Of a DNA stretch of 64,000 bases, positions 55,102-64,000 are shown one piece after another; within the stretch, counting starts at the first letter, position 1, and each line of letters starts with the position of its first letter. Below the pieces are notes generated by a model. The model made no database searches. It worked only from the letters and a program-made list of their open reading frames with translations, and was not told where the DNA came from. The position numbers were made by a program, and so were the translations under genes. The stretch is from the NCBI GenBank assembly GCA_021785935.1, contig JAJYOG010000003.1, forward strand, positions 12,829 through 76,828, read 5' to 3'. The DNA comes from Actinomycetes bacterium. Its GTDB lineage: Bacteria; Actinomycetota; Thermoleophilia; BMS3ABIN01.

Positions 55102-55306
55102 CGAAAGGAATAGAAAAAACCGAGATCACACCGGCTCCGCTACATAATGCGCCAATCGGCCGCGAGTTCCTCTATCTGCGAGTTCCTCTATCTAAAGGAA
55201 TAATGAGAGGACGTAATTTGCAATTTCCCTGCCTGGCGGGGTGTTAAACGCGTGACCGGCGGGTATCAATTCGCATCAGCTATTCCAAGAAACCTGGGAG
55301 GCGGTC

Positions 55307-55795
55307 ATGGCCGTAGCGGAAAAAGTAAAAAAGTACCTGGATGAAAGAGGGATAACTTATGAAACTGTAAGTCATCCCGAGACTTTCAGCACCAGTGCCG
55401 AGGCGCGGGCGGTAGGTGTCATAGCCGGGCATGTAGCGAAAACCCTGGTAATCAAGGTGCGAGACGGTGAGGTGCTCGCGGTGCTCCCGGCATCGGAGCG
55501 GATCGACATCCATAAGCTTCGCGACCTTGTCGGAGACAACCGCGCGCGGCTCGCGACCGAGGATGAAATGGGCGTTGAATTCACTGAATTCGAACTGGGC
55601 GCCGTGCCGCCGATTGGCGATCTTTTTGGGGCAACGGTATATATGGACCAGCGGCTGGAACGCTCATCGGAGATTATCTTTGCTGGTGGCACCCATCGTG
55701 ATTCTGTAAAGGTGTCAGGTGAGGACTTCCTCAAGCTGACCCGGCCGCAAGTGGTGGATCTGGTCAGGGAAGAAGGCGCCGGGGAGATATATTAG
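55307..55795 (+). CDS. YbaK/EbsC-family aminoacyl-tRNA deacylase domain protein
   Basis: 162 aa: HVAKTLVIKVRDGEVLAVLPASERIDIHKL...LGAVPPIG...VYMDQRL. Confidence 0.65.
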   Translation: MAVAEKVKKYLDERGITYETVSHPETFSTSAEARAVGVIAGHVAKTLVIKVRDGEVLAVLPASERIDIHKLRDLVGDNRARLATEDEMGVEFTEFELGAVPPIGDLFGATVYMDQRLERSSEIIFAGGTHRDSVKVSGEDFLKLTRPQVVDLVREEGAGEIY

Positions 55796-58700
55796 GGCTG
55801 ATTCAATTGAGATTGATTCCCCTGGGGGCATAGGCGTGATCCGTTGGCGCCGCCGACGCACCAGGGACATTGATGCTGATCAAATTGGTCAACCGGCGGA
55901 AAGATGCCGCTGGCCATATCGTCTATTACCGAGGCCAGCTCTGCCTCGACTCGCGGAATGTCCTCATCCGAAAAATCCTGGATAAACTGCTTCGGCTCGT
56001 CGCCTCCCAGAAAGGCAAGCACAACCCTGACCGGTCCCGGACGCATGCGGAAAGCAGCAAGTGCGTAGGAGGCCATCTGCAGGCGATACACCTGCGCCGC
56101 TTCTTCCGCGGTCCGCCCCTCTCCCGGCGATCCGGTTTTATAGTCAACTACGAGCATGCCCGGCGAGGCGCCGGTAATAGCCCCGATCGTGCCAGTAAAT
56201 GAGTCCATGCCGGTGGAGACATCTGTTCCGGCGGGTCTGTCTGCTGATCTGGGAAGCGGACACAGGGCATCGATCTGGCCGCGCAGGATCGTCTGGCCGA
56301 TCAATGTCGAAAACGACAGCTCTCGTTGAAGTTCGTCGGCGGCGGCCGCACTGAATAGTGCGGCCGCCGCCGGAAGCATTTCCAATCTGCCAACGAGCAT
56401 AAGCGCCTGATTAATATCCGCCTCCACTAGAACAGCGCCGGGTTCGGCGCCGGTGCTGCTGCCCTCTTCGGAAGTGCCTCTGCCGGATTCGGCACCGGTA
56501 CCTTTAACCGCGCCAAAAAGATTAAGCGCCCGCTCCAGTATCAATTCTCTGGTTACCGCTTCCGCGCCCGGCCGCGGCAAACTGGTTTCCAGGATGCTGT
56601 GAACAAGTGTGCCCATATCGGTGGGCGAAAGCACGCCGCCTTCGATGGTGGTTTTCCCCGTTCCCCGGATTTCGAAAAGGTCGCTGACATTCAGGACATT
56701 GTCCAGGAAATAACGGCGGGGGCACGAGCGATACGTGTCCAGAGCAGTAGGTGAAATGACGGAAGGAACGTAGGCGGCTTCGCCTGGCATGACGGCTATC
56801 TCCGCCGGCAGGCACTGTGGCCTGACAACATCGCCAGCAGCTTCGGCCCGTGCCGCCCTTTGCAGTACTTCCTCCGCTTCTGTGCAAACAGTGAGGCCGA
56901 TGCTGATCCCGGCGGTATCGCGAATGACATCAAGCTCATCCAGGCCGGGCCTGTTCTCCCTGTCCAGTGCCAGGCGGGCGCGAATCCAGTCCAGGGGCCG
57001 CGCCTTCCCGTCGAGTTCCGGGGACTTATCCACACTGCCACAGCCGCTCAGGATCAAATGTCTCTCCGCCCGGGTCATGGCGACATAATGCAAACGTTTT
57101 TCTTCCTCGAACTCGCGAGCGGTTTTTTCCCCTTCAAGCTGTTCGTAATCGAAAACCCTTAACTTCTGTCCGTTACCGTCACTGTAAACAAGGCCTATCC
57201 GTCCGCCGGCTTCATCCTTGTCGACCATGAAAACAGGTTTGCTCCTGCCCCTGCTTTTACGGGCGCCCAGTTTGGGAAGGACCACCAGCGGAAATTCGAG
57301 TCCCTTTGCAGAGTGCATGGTCATAATGCGCACCGCGTCGACTCCTTCCTCCTCGATTGGCGCGTCGGCTTCACGCATCTTGACCTTCTTCTGATAGACA
57401 AGAAATTCAGTGAATGCGGCAAGGTCACGGCCCCAGGCGTCCTCGAAATCTGCCGCCAGATCGAGCAGTTTCATCAGGTTGGCAAAAGCCTGCTTGCCGT
57501 TGTGTCTGGCGGCGATCTTACAGTCATAATCATTGTATGAGATCAGCAACCGGACAGTATCCTGAAGCGGTTGCAGACTCGATTGGTCTCGCGCACTGTT
57601 TAAGTCTTCCGCAAAACGTAAAAGCCTGGTGCCCTCGTCTTCAGCCAGGCGATTGGTCGTCCGCTCCGAGCGCATCACTTCCCACAGCGGCCGGGGATTG
57701 TTGGTACGATCGCGGCCGGCCATCTGGCGCAACCAGTAAAGCGAATCATCCGGGGCATTCACATATGGAGAACGCAGCACCCCCACCAGCGCCCCGTCGT
57801 CAAGCGGATTTAACAGCAGCTTCATCAGGTTGATAACATCGCCGAGTTCCGGTCTTTTATAGTATCTGTCCCCAATGCCGAGGTAGCTCTTGATGCCGTT
57901 TCGCTCCAGAGCATCACGGTAGAGGTCGACATCGGTTCTCGCGGCCACGAGCATCGCCGTATCGCCAGGCGAATAACCTTTCCCTTCACCGTATAGCTCC
58001 TTGAGCCGTTCGGCTATCAGCTGTGCTTCCACCCTGCGGCCTTCGGCGGCGGCAAGTTTTGACTCGGCGCCAGGCGGGCTCTCGTCGACCATGATGACCT
58101 CAACGCGAAAATCCTCTACATGGGGATCCGGCTTGGCCCTGGGAACCAGCCGCAGATAGTCCGGCGAGAGCATGTCTTCACCCTGGAAAATGTGGTCCAC
58201 GAACGCCAGGATCTCGGGCTGGCTGCGAAAATTATCCAAAAGCTTGATGCGGAAATCCTCGCGCGTGGCGCGCTTGTTCTCCGCCTGAAAGAGGGTAACT
58301 TCAGCGTCACGGAATCCGTATATTGACTGATTGGTGTCGCCGACCATCATCAGGTTGTCGCCGGTTATCATCTTGAAGATCTGGTGCTGCAAAGGATTGG
58401 TGTCCTGAAACTCATCGACCATCACCAGCTTGAAGGCCGATGCGAGACGGCGCCCGATGCCAGGATTTCTTAGCAGGAGGTCTCGGGTCCTTAAAGAGAG
58501 ATCGGCAAAGTCGAGGATGCCGGCGGCGTCTTTCATCCGCGTGTAATAGCGGCCGTAAGCTACCAGTAGATCATCCATTAGTTGCAAGACAGGAAGAGCT
58601 TTTTGTGATTGTACCGCGAGCAGGAATGCCGCCTGCGCCGCTCTAAGCTCATCCAGCTCCGGCTTAATTTTTTTCAGACCGCCCTTGGGTTGACCGGCAA

Positions 58701-59472
58701 GCAGCAGTTGTTCCCTGACCGCTAGATCCGTAGTCTTGACGGCGCCAAGGAGGTGCCAGTTCGTTTCCTTAAGTTTATCCACAGTGACGCCGGCGGCGCC
58801 GGTACTCTTTACCGCCTCATCAAAATCATCGAGTGCGGCCATCAGGCGCAGGCGGGCTTCTGCTGTTTGTTTGTCCAGATCCGGCCGCGGCAGGCGCGGA
58901 AGCTGTCCCCGATTCCTGAGCGTGTTATAGATTTGGTCTATGGCGCCAAACAGGGCGCCGTCGAGCTTTGGATCGTAAGCCATGACCAGATCGGCTGCGG
59001 GACCGCCGTGGCGCGACACGAAATCTTTCAGACAGGTATCAAAGGCCTCTTCCCGCAGAATCAGCGAGCGGGTCTCATCCGCGGCGATGAAGTCAGGGTC
59101 AATGCCTGCCGCCAGCGCCTGGGACCTGAGCAACCGCGAATAAAAGCTGTCGATCGTGCTAATGTGGGCGCTTTCGATATTGCGCGCCGCCTGCCGCATA
59201 TTCTCAAGTCTCCCGGCATGCTTTTCCTCGGCGATTTTCTCGCGCAGAACATCGCGCACCCGTTCCATCATCTCGGCGGCCGCCTTGCGTGTAAACGTGA
59301 TCGTGAGGATCTGGTCGATCGCGGCCGTCCCTCGCGCAATGGCTTCGACAAAGCGCTTGGCGACAACATCGGTCTTGCCCGATCCGGCTCCGGCGGCAAT
59401 GAACAACCGGCGGCCGAGATCGTTGATCGCCTTTTCCTGATTCTCGGTGGAAATTATTTTTGCTTTCTTCAT
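55792..59472 (-). CDS. addA: AddA/UvrD-type helicase with a C-terminal PD-(D/E)xK nuclease domain
   Basis: Start chosen at ATG 59472 (MKKAKIIS), which overlaps the addB TGA (ATGA). Walker A is AAGAGSGKT. The nuclease motif is LVVDYKTG. Cys residues are at SCPRRYF and CPWC-x9-C. Confidence 0.8.
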   Translation of the reverse strand: MKKAKIISTENQEKAINDLGRRLFIAAGAGSGKTDVVAKRFVEAIARGTAAIDQILTITFTRKAAAEMMERVRDVLREKIAEEKHAGRLENMRQAARNIESAHISTIDSFYSRLLRSQALAAGIDPDFIAADETRSLILREEAFDTCLKDFVSRHGGPAADLVMAYDPKLDGALFGAIDQIYNTLRNRGQLPRLPRPDLDKQTAEARLRLMAALDDFDEAVKSTGAAGVTVDKLKETNWHLLGAVKTTDLAVREQLLLAGQPKGGLKKIKPELDELRAAQAAFLLAVQSQKALPVLQLMDDLLVAYGRYYTRMKDAAGILDFADLSLRTRDLLLRNPGIGRRLASAFKLVMVDEFQDTNPLQHQIFKMITGDNLMMVGDTNQSIYGFRDAEVTLFQAENKRATREDFRIKLLDNFRSQPEILAFVDHIFQGEDMLSPDYLRLVPRAKPDPHVEDFRVEVIMVDESPPGAESKLAAAEGRRVEAQLIAERLKELYGEGKGYSPGDTAMLVAARTDVDLYRDALERNGIKSYLGIGDRYYKRPELGDVINLMKLLLNPLDDGALVGVLRSPYVNAPDDSLYWLRQMAGRDRTNNPRPLWEVMRSERTTNRLAEDEGTRLLRFAEDLNSARDQSSLQPLQDTVRLLISYNDYDCKIAARHNGKQAFANLMKLLDLAADFEDAWGRDLAAFTEFLVYQKKVKMREADAPIEEEGVDAVRIMTMHSAKGLEFPLVVLPKLGARKSRGRSKPVFMVDKDEAGGRIGLVYSDGNGQKLRVFDYEQLEGEKTAREFEEEKRLHYVAMTRAERHLILSGCGSVDKSPELDGKARPLDWIRARLALDRENRPGLDELDVIRDTAGISIGLTVCTEAEEVLQRAARAEAAGDVVRPQCLPAEIAVMPGEAAYVPSVISPTALDTYRSCPRRYFLDNVLNVSDLFEIRGTGKTTIEGGVLSPTDMGTLVHSILETSLPRPGAEAVTRELILERALNLFGAVKGTGAESGRGTSEEGSSTGAEPGAVLVEADINQALMLVGRLEMLPAAAALFSAAAADELQRELSFSTLIGQTILRGQIDALCPLPRSADRPAGTDVSTGMDSFTGTIGAITGASPGMLVVDYKTGSPGEGRTAEEAAQVYRLQMASYALAAFRMRPGPVRVVLAFLGGDEPKQFIQDFSDEDIPRVEAELASVIDDMASGIFPPVDQFDQHQCPWCVGGANGSRLCPQGNQSQLNQP

Positions 59473-62400
59473 GAGACTGGATTCGAATAGGCGCCGGGCT
59501 GGTCCCGGCAGATGTCGCCCAGCCGGCAATGGTCACACGCCTTGGGATCGCGTGGCCGGCTGGGAAAATGCGCGGCCCTGATTCCCATCATCGCCTCCAG
59601 CGCCAGAGATTTTGCGGTTTCGAGCATCTTGTCAAAAACGCCGGCTTCGACAAAATCACCAACGTAAGGCTCGCTGGTATCAAGGCCAAGGATGCTTTCG
59701 TGCTGCTTTAAATAAATGCCTCGCCGGCGCTTGCCAAGAATGCTGCAATATTCTCCACCGATTGGTTCGAGCCCCCAGATATCCCGCAGGGCTACCATGT
59801 AAATAGGTACCTGGATGGCGCCGTTTTTCTCCATTTGATCCGAACGGGGAAGGTAGTCATCCCTGCTGGCCTTGTAATCGATGACTACCGCCTGGTTCTT
59901 GCCCCGGCGAACATCGACGCGGTCGATCCGGCCGCATATTTTGAAGCCGCCGATTTTAAGCATGGTTTCCTCGTCAAAACGGCCTTCCGGTTTGCCGTCA
60001 CAGATGCCGAAGCTCCACTCCATCCGGTGCGGCTCGAATAGAGGACGCATTTTCAGCTCGCGATCCACGAAACGATCGAGATGGGCAGCCAGCTCGACCT
60101 TCATGATTATCGACTCGAGGTCGGTCCCGGCGGCCGTATGTTCCTCGACGATGGTTGCCATGATCCTCCGCGCCGCCAGAATCTGGGTCGCATCGGCCGT
60201 GCTCAGCCGGACCTCTGCCCGCTTGAGGGAGGTAAAGAACTTTTCCAGGATCCGGTGCACGCTGGAGCCGCGTCTGAGCACTAGATCTTCCGGATCCGTC
60301 TGCTGCGGCCGCACGATCATGTTGATGAAAAAACCGAAGGGGCATTTCAAGTACTGTTCCAGGTCGGTCACGCGGAAGAGCTCCAGGCTCGCAAATTGAT
60401 CTTTTACCTCTTCCCCGATCTGCGTTTTACGCGTAACCGATTCTTTGATGATCTGATCGAGTTGCCGGTCCAGACCGGCTGTTTTGGCAGCATCGATCAA
60501 CGGCGCGGCTGCGAGTTGGGACGCGGCCGCGCCGGTAATCGAACCCGCCCCGCCCATTTGCGGATTCATCGATGCCAGCGACAGCAGAGCCTGCCGGGGA
60601 GATGGCGCCTCGGCGACCGGGAAAACTACCTCGCCGATCTGTTTGATGGCCTCATCCCAGGAATTATCCTCGAAAAGATCAAGAACATCGTGGACAAACA
60701 ACGACGCGACCGTGGGCTTCCCATCCTTGTCACAATAAGGATGGCAGAGATAAATCTTTCGTCCGGCTCGGGTCAGGGTACGGTAAAAGAGAAATTTTTC
60801 CTTTTCCAGCCGTTGCTCTCGTGTTTCCAGAGGCAAACCGCAACTATCCCGAAGCCACTTTCGGTCAGCTTCACCAAGAAATGCGCTTTCAGGGCCCAGG
60901 GCGGGGAAGCATCCTTCAAGCAGGCCGCAAACAAAGATCACCTCGAATCTCTGATTGAGGACACGATGGGGATCAAGCAGGCGGACACAGCCCCGGCGCG
61001 TCCCCGAGCGCGGGCGGACGATGGCTTTTTCGATTCCGGCTCGCAGGAGGCGGGCGGGCGTTTCGGTTTTGCCCACCTTTTCGTCCAGGAGCAATGCCTC
61101 GCCGCAGACGGAAGCCAGGACCTTAAGCGAGAGAACATCAAGCTCAACATCATCCAGGCTGCAACCCCTCTCTGTTTTTTCCTGAACCAGCCGCCTCATC
61201 AAATCGAGCAACTCGGAAGACAGGGAGCCGATATCTTTGCGGGCGGCTTTGCCGAGTTGGTCGATCCCGGCCAGCGGCGCGCCGCTCCAACGGCTCCATT
61301 CCCACAAAAGCGTCGATAGATCAACAGTGCCGTTGGTCCGCACATAGCGGTCGAAGCCGTCTACCTTATTGCGGTCCGCGCCGCTCAGAGGGGAGCGCAG
61401 GAAATAAAGAAGACTGTCTCTGCCGCCGCGGCGCGCAACGATATCAAGCAGGACGGCTGCGGTTCTGCCGACCAGCGTATCGATCAACGGCAGAGGCGCC
61501 GCCATGTCGAAAGGAATGCCAAAGTCAGAGAAAACCGAGGCGATAGCCCGGCTGTCAGCTCCAGGCGCGCGGGTGACAATGGCTATGTCGTCGAGGCTGA
61601 TTCCCTGCTCGCGCCATAATTTCAGGACCTCTGCGGCGACCTGCTCCGCCTGACCCCTGTCGCCAGCGGCGCCAAGCTTGACGATCGCTTGCCCGGCTTT
61701 CAGCATGCCGGCTTCTTCTTCAAATAGGTTCCGGTTGAGATGCGACAACGCCGGTTCGCGGTCTCCGCTCACCGCCTCGAGATAAGAGACATCGGCCCCG
61801 CCCGCAAACATATCGTGGAAACGGGCGGTAGCGGCCGCGGCCACCCTCTCTTTTTCATAGGGAAGGGTTAGCAGCAGTTCCGGGATGGACTGACCAAGAT
61901 GCCGGATCAGATCCAGCTGCGATGGCGTGAAATCATAAAATCCGTCGACGATGACAGCATTGTAGCCGAGCAGTGTGGGCTCCTCGATTAAATTGGCCAC
62001 AGCCTGGCGTGAAGCCAGCTCCCGGTCCTGAGCCGAATGCTCTTCGAGGATGGCTCGATATTCATCATACAGCCGGAAAAGATCCTGGTTGAACCCGCGC
62101 CGCCATGCGTCCCTGCCGGCCCATTTCTTAAGTTCGCGGCCGAGGCGCGCCGGCTCGATCCCCAGCTCCTCCAACTCGGCGATCAGGCCTCCCAATTGAT
62201 TGATAAAGCCGTCGTATTCCGCTGATTGCTTGAGGGTCTCCAGCTGCCCCGGCTCCCGGGCAACGGCCATCAGGAGCATGAACCTTTCACTATCTGAGAT
62301 TATCCTGAGCGGGCTGGTTTTTCCGCTACCCTGAAGCAAATCCCGGCGTAAATCGTCAAACGTGATTACCTTGCCGTTAGTGAGCACGGATTGCTTCGTC

Positions 62401-62573
62401 AGGATGCGCCTTTGAAAGTGCCGCGCGTCCGGACCGCTGGGAGCGATGAAAGCGGCGCGCTCCCCGCGGTCGAGCGCTGACAGAAAATATTCTATGGCCT
62501 TCCTGGTTTTCCCCGAGCCGGCAGGCCCGCAGATGAGCTTTATTGCCATGATGCCAGTTTCATCGAGCCTCAC
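59469..62573 (-). CDS. addB: AddB-type helicase-nuclease subunit with Fe-S-type Cys motif
   Basis: Walker A is CGPAGSGKT. The C-terminal nuclease motif is VVIDYKAS. The Cys set is YLKCPFGFF plus CDHCRLGDIC (C-x2-C-x5-C, as in AddB). Confidence 0.8.
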   Translation of the reverse strand: MRLDETGIMAIKLICGPAGSGKTRKAIEYFLSALDRGERAAFIAPSGPDARHFQRRILTKQSVLTNGKVITFDDLRRDLLQGSGKTSPLRIISDSERFMLLMAVAREPGQLETLKQSAEYDGFINQLGGLIAELEELGIEPARLGRELKKWAGRDAWRRGFNQDLFRLYDEYRAILEEHSAQDRELASRQAVANLIEEPTLLGYNAVIVDGFYDFTPSQLDLIRHLGQSIPELLLTLPYEKERVAAAATARFHDMFAGGADVSYLEAVSGDREPALSHLNRNLFEEEAGMLKAGQAIVKLGAAGDRGQAEQVAAEVLKLWREQGISLDDIAIVTRAPGADSRAIASVFSDFGIPFDMAAPLPLIDTLVGRTAAVLLDIVARRGGRDSLLYFLRSPLSGADRNKVDGFDRYVRTNGTVDLSTLLWEWSRWSGAPLAGIDQLGKAARKDIGSLSSELLDLMRRLVQEKTERGCSLDDVELDVLSLKVLASVCGEALLLDEKVGKTETPARLLRAGIEKAIVRPRSGTRRGCVRLLDPHRVLNQRFEVIFVCGLLEGCFPALGPESAFLGEADRKWLRDSCGLPLETREQRLEKEKFLFYRTLTRAGRKIYLCHPYCDKDGKPTVASLFVHDVLDLFEDNSWDEAIKQIGEVVFPVAEAPSPRQALLSLASMNPQMGGAGSITGAAASQLAAAPLIDAAKTAGLDRQLDQIIKESVTRKTQIGEEVKDQFASLELFRVTDLEQYLKCPFGFFINMIVRPQQTDPEDLVLRRGSSVHRILEKFFTSLKRAEVRLSTADATQILAARRIMATIVEEHTAAGTDLESIIMKVELAAHLDRFVDRELKMRPLFEPHRMEWSFGICDGKPEGRFDEETMLKIGGFKICGRIDRVDVRRGKNQAVVIDYKASRDDYLPRSDQMEKNGAIQVPIYMVALRDIWGLEPIGGEYCSILGKRRRGIYLKQHESILGLDTSEPYVGDFVEAGVFDKMLETAKSLALEAMMGIRAAHFPSRPRDPKACDHCRLGDICRDQPGAYSNPVS

Positions 62574-62701
62574 AATTCGAGGGAACAGGTTCCCACAACG
62601 AGGGATAGAGATTAATTATACGCCCGCCGCCCTTTTCCCCAAAGGATGCAGGATATAGAATCGTTTTGAATTCTACACCGCCAACCGGACGGAAACTTCC
62701 C

Positions 62702-64000
62702 ATGCGCTCCAGCAAGGAAAAGAGCACACCTCGAGACAAGGACAAGCTGATCAGACAGCTCTCCCTGGTGACCTTCCTTATGTCAAAAAGAGGACGCCCT
62801 GTCAAAGCGGATGATATTCGCCGCTACGTCGAAGGCTATGATGACGGCAGCAAATCCCTGGAAGCTTTCACGCGGCGCTTTTACGCCGACCGTGATGAGC
62901 TCGCGCGCACGGGTATTGAGATCGAGAGCAGCCGCGATGAGTCCGGAGATGGCGATACCTACCGCTTGCCCCCCGAAAATCTTTTTCTGCCGCCAGTTCC
63001 CTTCTCGCGGGAAGAGCTGGCGGCGCTGCATACCTGCCTCTATCTCCTGGAAGGCCGCTTCGCCTACAGCCGCCTGTTGAGGCAGGCGCTGCAGAGCCTG
63101 GCGCTGGGCGCCGGCAATACCCTGGATGACCCCGTGACCGGCAGCGTCGCCATCGACCTGCCGTCGGCGGGCTTCGACGCGGAGGTAGCCAAGCGCCAGC
63201 AGAAGATCGACCGGGCGATCGAGGACCGCAAGACAATCCGGTTTACCTACCACAGTTTTGGAAGCGACAGGGTCGAGGAACGGCTGGTCGATCCCTACCG
63301 GATGATCTATACCCACGGCGACTGGTACCTGGTCGGCTACTCGCATGAGCGTGAGGATATCCGCATGTTCAAGTTGAGGCGCATCCGCGGCCGCATCACC
63401 TATCTCGACAAAAGAGAGCATCATTTCGAAGCGCCCGGGGATTTTCACCTGCATGACTACCTTGACCTCGAACCCTGGCAGCTGGGAACCGAACGCGGCG
63501 CGGCCGAACTACGGTTCTCCCCCCGGTACGGCTGGTGGGCTCAGAACAATCTGGCGCGCAGCGGCGAAATAGAGATGCACAGCGATGGCTCCGCGACTTA
63601 TCGCACCAGCTACTCCAACGGCAACCGGATATGCGCTTTGGTGCTAGCGCGAAGCAACGATACGCGGCTGGCTGGCCCCCCGGAGCTTAAGCAGCAGCTT
63701 GCGGCGACGCTCGAGAAGATCGCCGCATTGCATGAAGGAGATGCCCCGGAACCGGCGCCGGCACTCGATCCCCAGCCCCAGGGCCAGTCCTTGTCCGAGC
63801 AGGAAGCCGCCGGCCAGCCGCAGGTCGAGCCCGAGCGCTTTTCACAGCTCGCCAAGACCGTAACCTACCTGGAAGCCAGGCTCGATGGCGAAGAATTCGT
63901 TACCCTCACAGTCGACGAAGTCTGCCGGGATCTGGGACTGGGCCGCAATGAGCTGGAACAGGCGATGGCGATGCTTTATCTGGTGAGCGCTGAGAGCGGA
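62702..64000 (+). CDS. PafB/PafC-like HTH-WYL-WCX regulator, apparently a fused tandem (partial, runs off the window)
   Basis: This ORF is absent from the track because it is open to the window end (433 codons from ATG 62702). The WYL core is RLVDPYRMIYTHGDWYLVGYSHEREDIRMFKLRRI. A second HTH-like module starts at ~63840 (FSQLAKTVTYLEARL...VDEVCRDLGLGRNELEQAM). Confidence 0.7.
   Translation, partial: MRSSKEKSTPRDKDKLIRQLSLVTFLMSKRGRPVKADDIRRYVEGYDDGSKSLEAFTRRFYADRDELARTGIEIESSRDESGDGDTYRLPPENLFLPPVPFSREELAALHTCLYLLEGRFAYSRLLRQALQSLALGAGNTLDDPVTGSVAIDLPSAGFDAEVAKRQQKIDRAIEDRKTIRFTYHSFGSDRVEERLVDPYRMIYTHGDWYLVGYSHEREDIRMFKLRRIRGRITYLDKREHHFEAPGDFHLHDYLDLEPWQLGTERGAAELRFSPRYGWWAQNNLARSGEIEMHSDGSATYRTSYSNGNRICALVLARSNDTRLAGPPELKQQLAATLEKIAALHEGDAPEPAPALDPQPQGQSLSEQEAAGQPQVEPERFSQLAKTVTYLEARLDGEEFVTLTVDEVCRDLGLGRNELEQAMAMLYLVSAESG

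Noticed and set aside
59473-59529. ORF-track start of addA at 59529 (61-nt overlap with addB)
   Set aside because: The internal ATG at 59472 gives the classic ATGA stop/start overlap and leaves the Walker A motif at the usual distance from the N-terminus.
62574-62701. PafBC-type promoter motif (TGTCGGTG-N8-TAnnnT, as I recall it) upstream of addB
   Set aside because: The only similarity is TTGGCGGTG on the addB strand, with two mismatches and no correctly spaced TAnnnT. This is not convincing without a genome-wide motif model.
62783-63454. 223-aa minus-strand ORF listed in the track
   Set aside because: It is antisense to the much longer open + strand frame, which has clear HTH and WYL motifs. 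The minus-strand product has no recognisable features.

Overview
This is a 64-kb chromosomal window from a moderately GC-rich bacterium that looks anaerobic; I cannot assign a taxon by eye. Every product call rests on motifs recognised by eye and none is database-verified. Most of the window is ordinary core, envelope and energy content. It holds a CooS-like Ni-CODH/prismane-family gene with a divergent ArsR-like regulator, and hydantoinase/oxoprolinase hyuAB. It also has a GT-C glycosyltransferase / methyltransferase / FAD-oxidoreductase envelope cluster, a glutaredoxin-like plus FTR-rubredoxin redox pair, and a MacB/FtsX-type ABC exporter. A complete N-type ATPase operon lies at 28.8-35.6 kb in the diagnostic order atpD-C-Q-R-B-E-F-A-G. 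Further right are a nitronate-monooxygenase-family gene, Csp, an MFS transporter, a GT4 glycosyltransferase, a 1434-aa PAS/GAF hybrid histidine kinase, YbaK, an AddAB-type helicase-nuclease, and a PafBC-like WYL regulator that runs off the right edge. Two accessory regions stand out. (i) 0-13 kb abuts a tRNA(CAU)-Thr-Tyr cluster and is rich in toxin-antitoxin genes. A 481-bp perfect parDE duplication there brackets a Fic / DUF3024 / wHTH-nucleotidyltransferase cassette. The region also has four copies of a ~100-nt tRNA-end-like repeat with a central hairpin, one IS200/IS605 copy, and many eroded genes (in-frame stops and frameshifts, with toxins decayed while their antitoxins stay intact). (ii) 42.7-48.6 kb is a 5.8-kb integrase-less island inserted in tRNA-Thr(CGU) and bounded by a 46-bp direct repeat. 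It carries a disrupted MmeI-like Type IIG/IIL restriction-modification gene. That gene is tightly followed by an uncharacterised 201-aa protein with an RNxxxH (HEPN-like) motif and a stand-alone sigma70 region-4 mini-protein. The island also holds a Zn-ribbon peptide and a DUF3800 gene. This RM / HEPN-like / sigma-r4 operon is my best candidate for an undescribed defence module.
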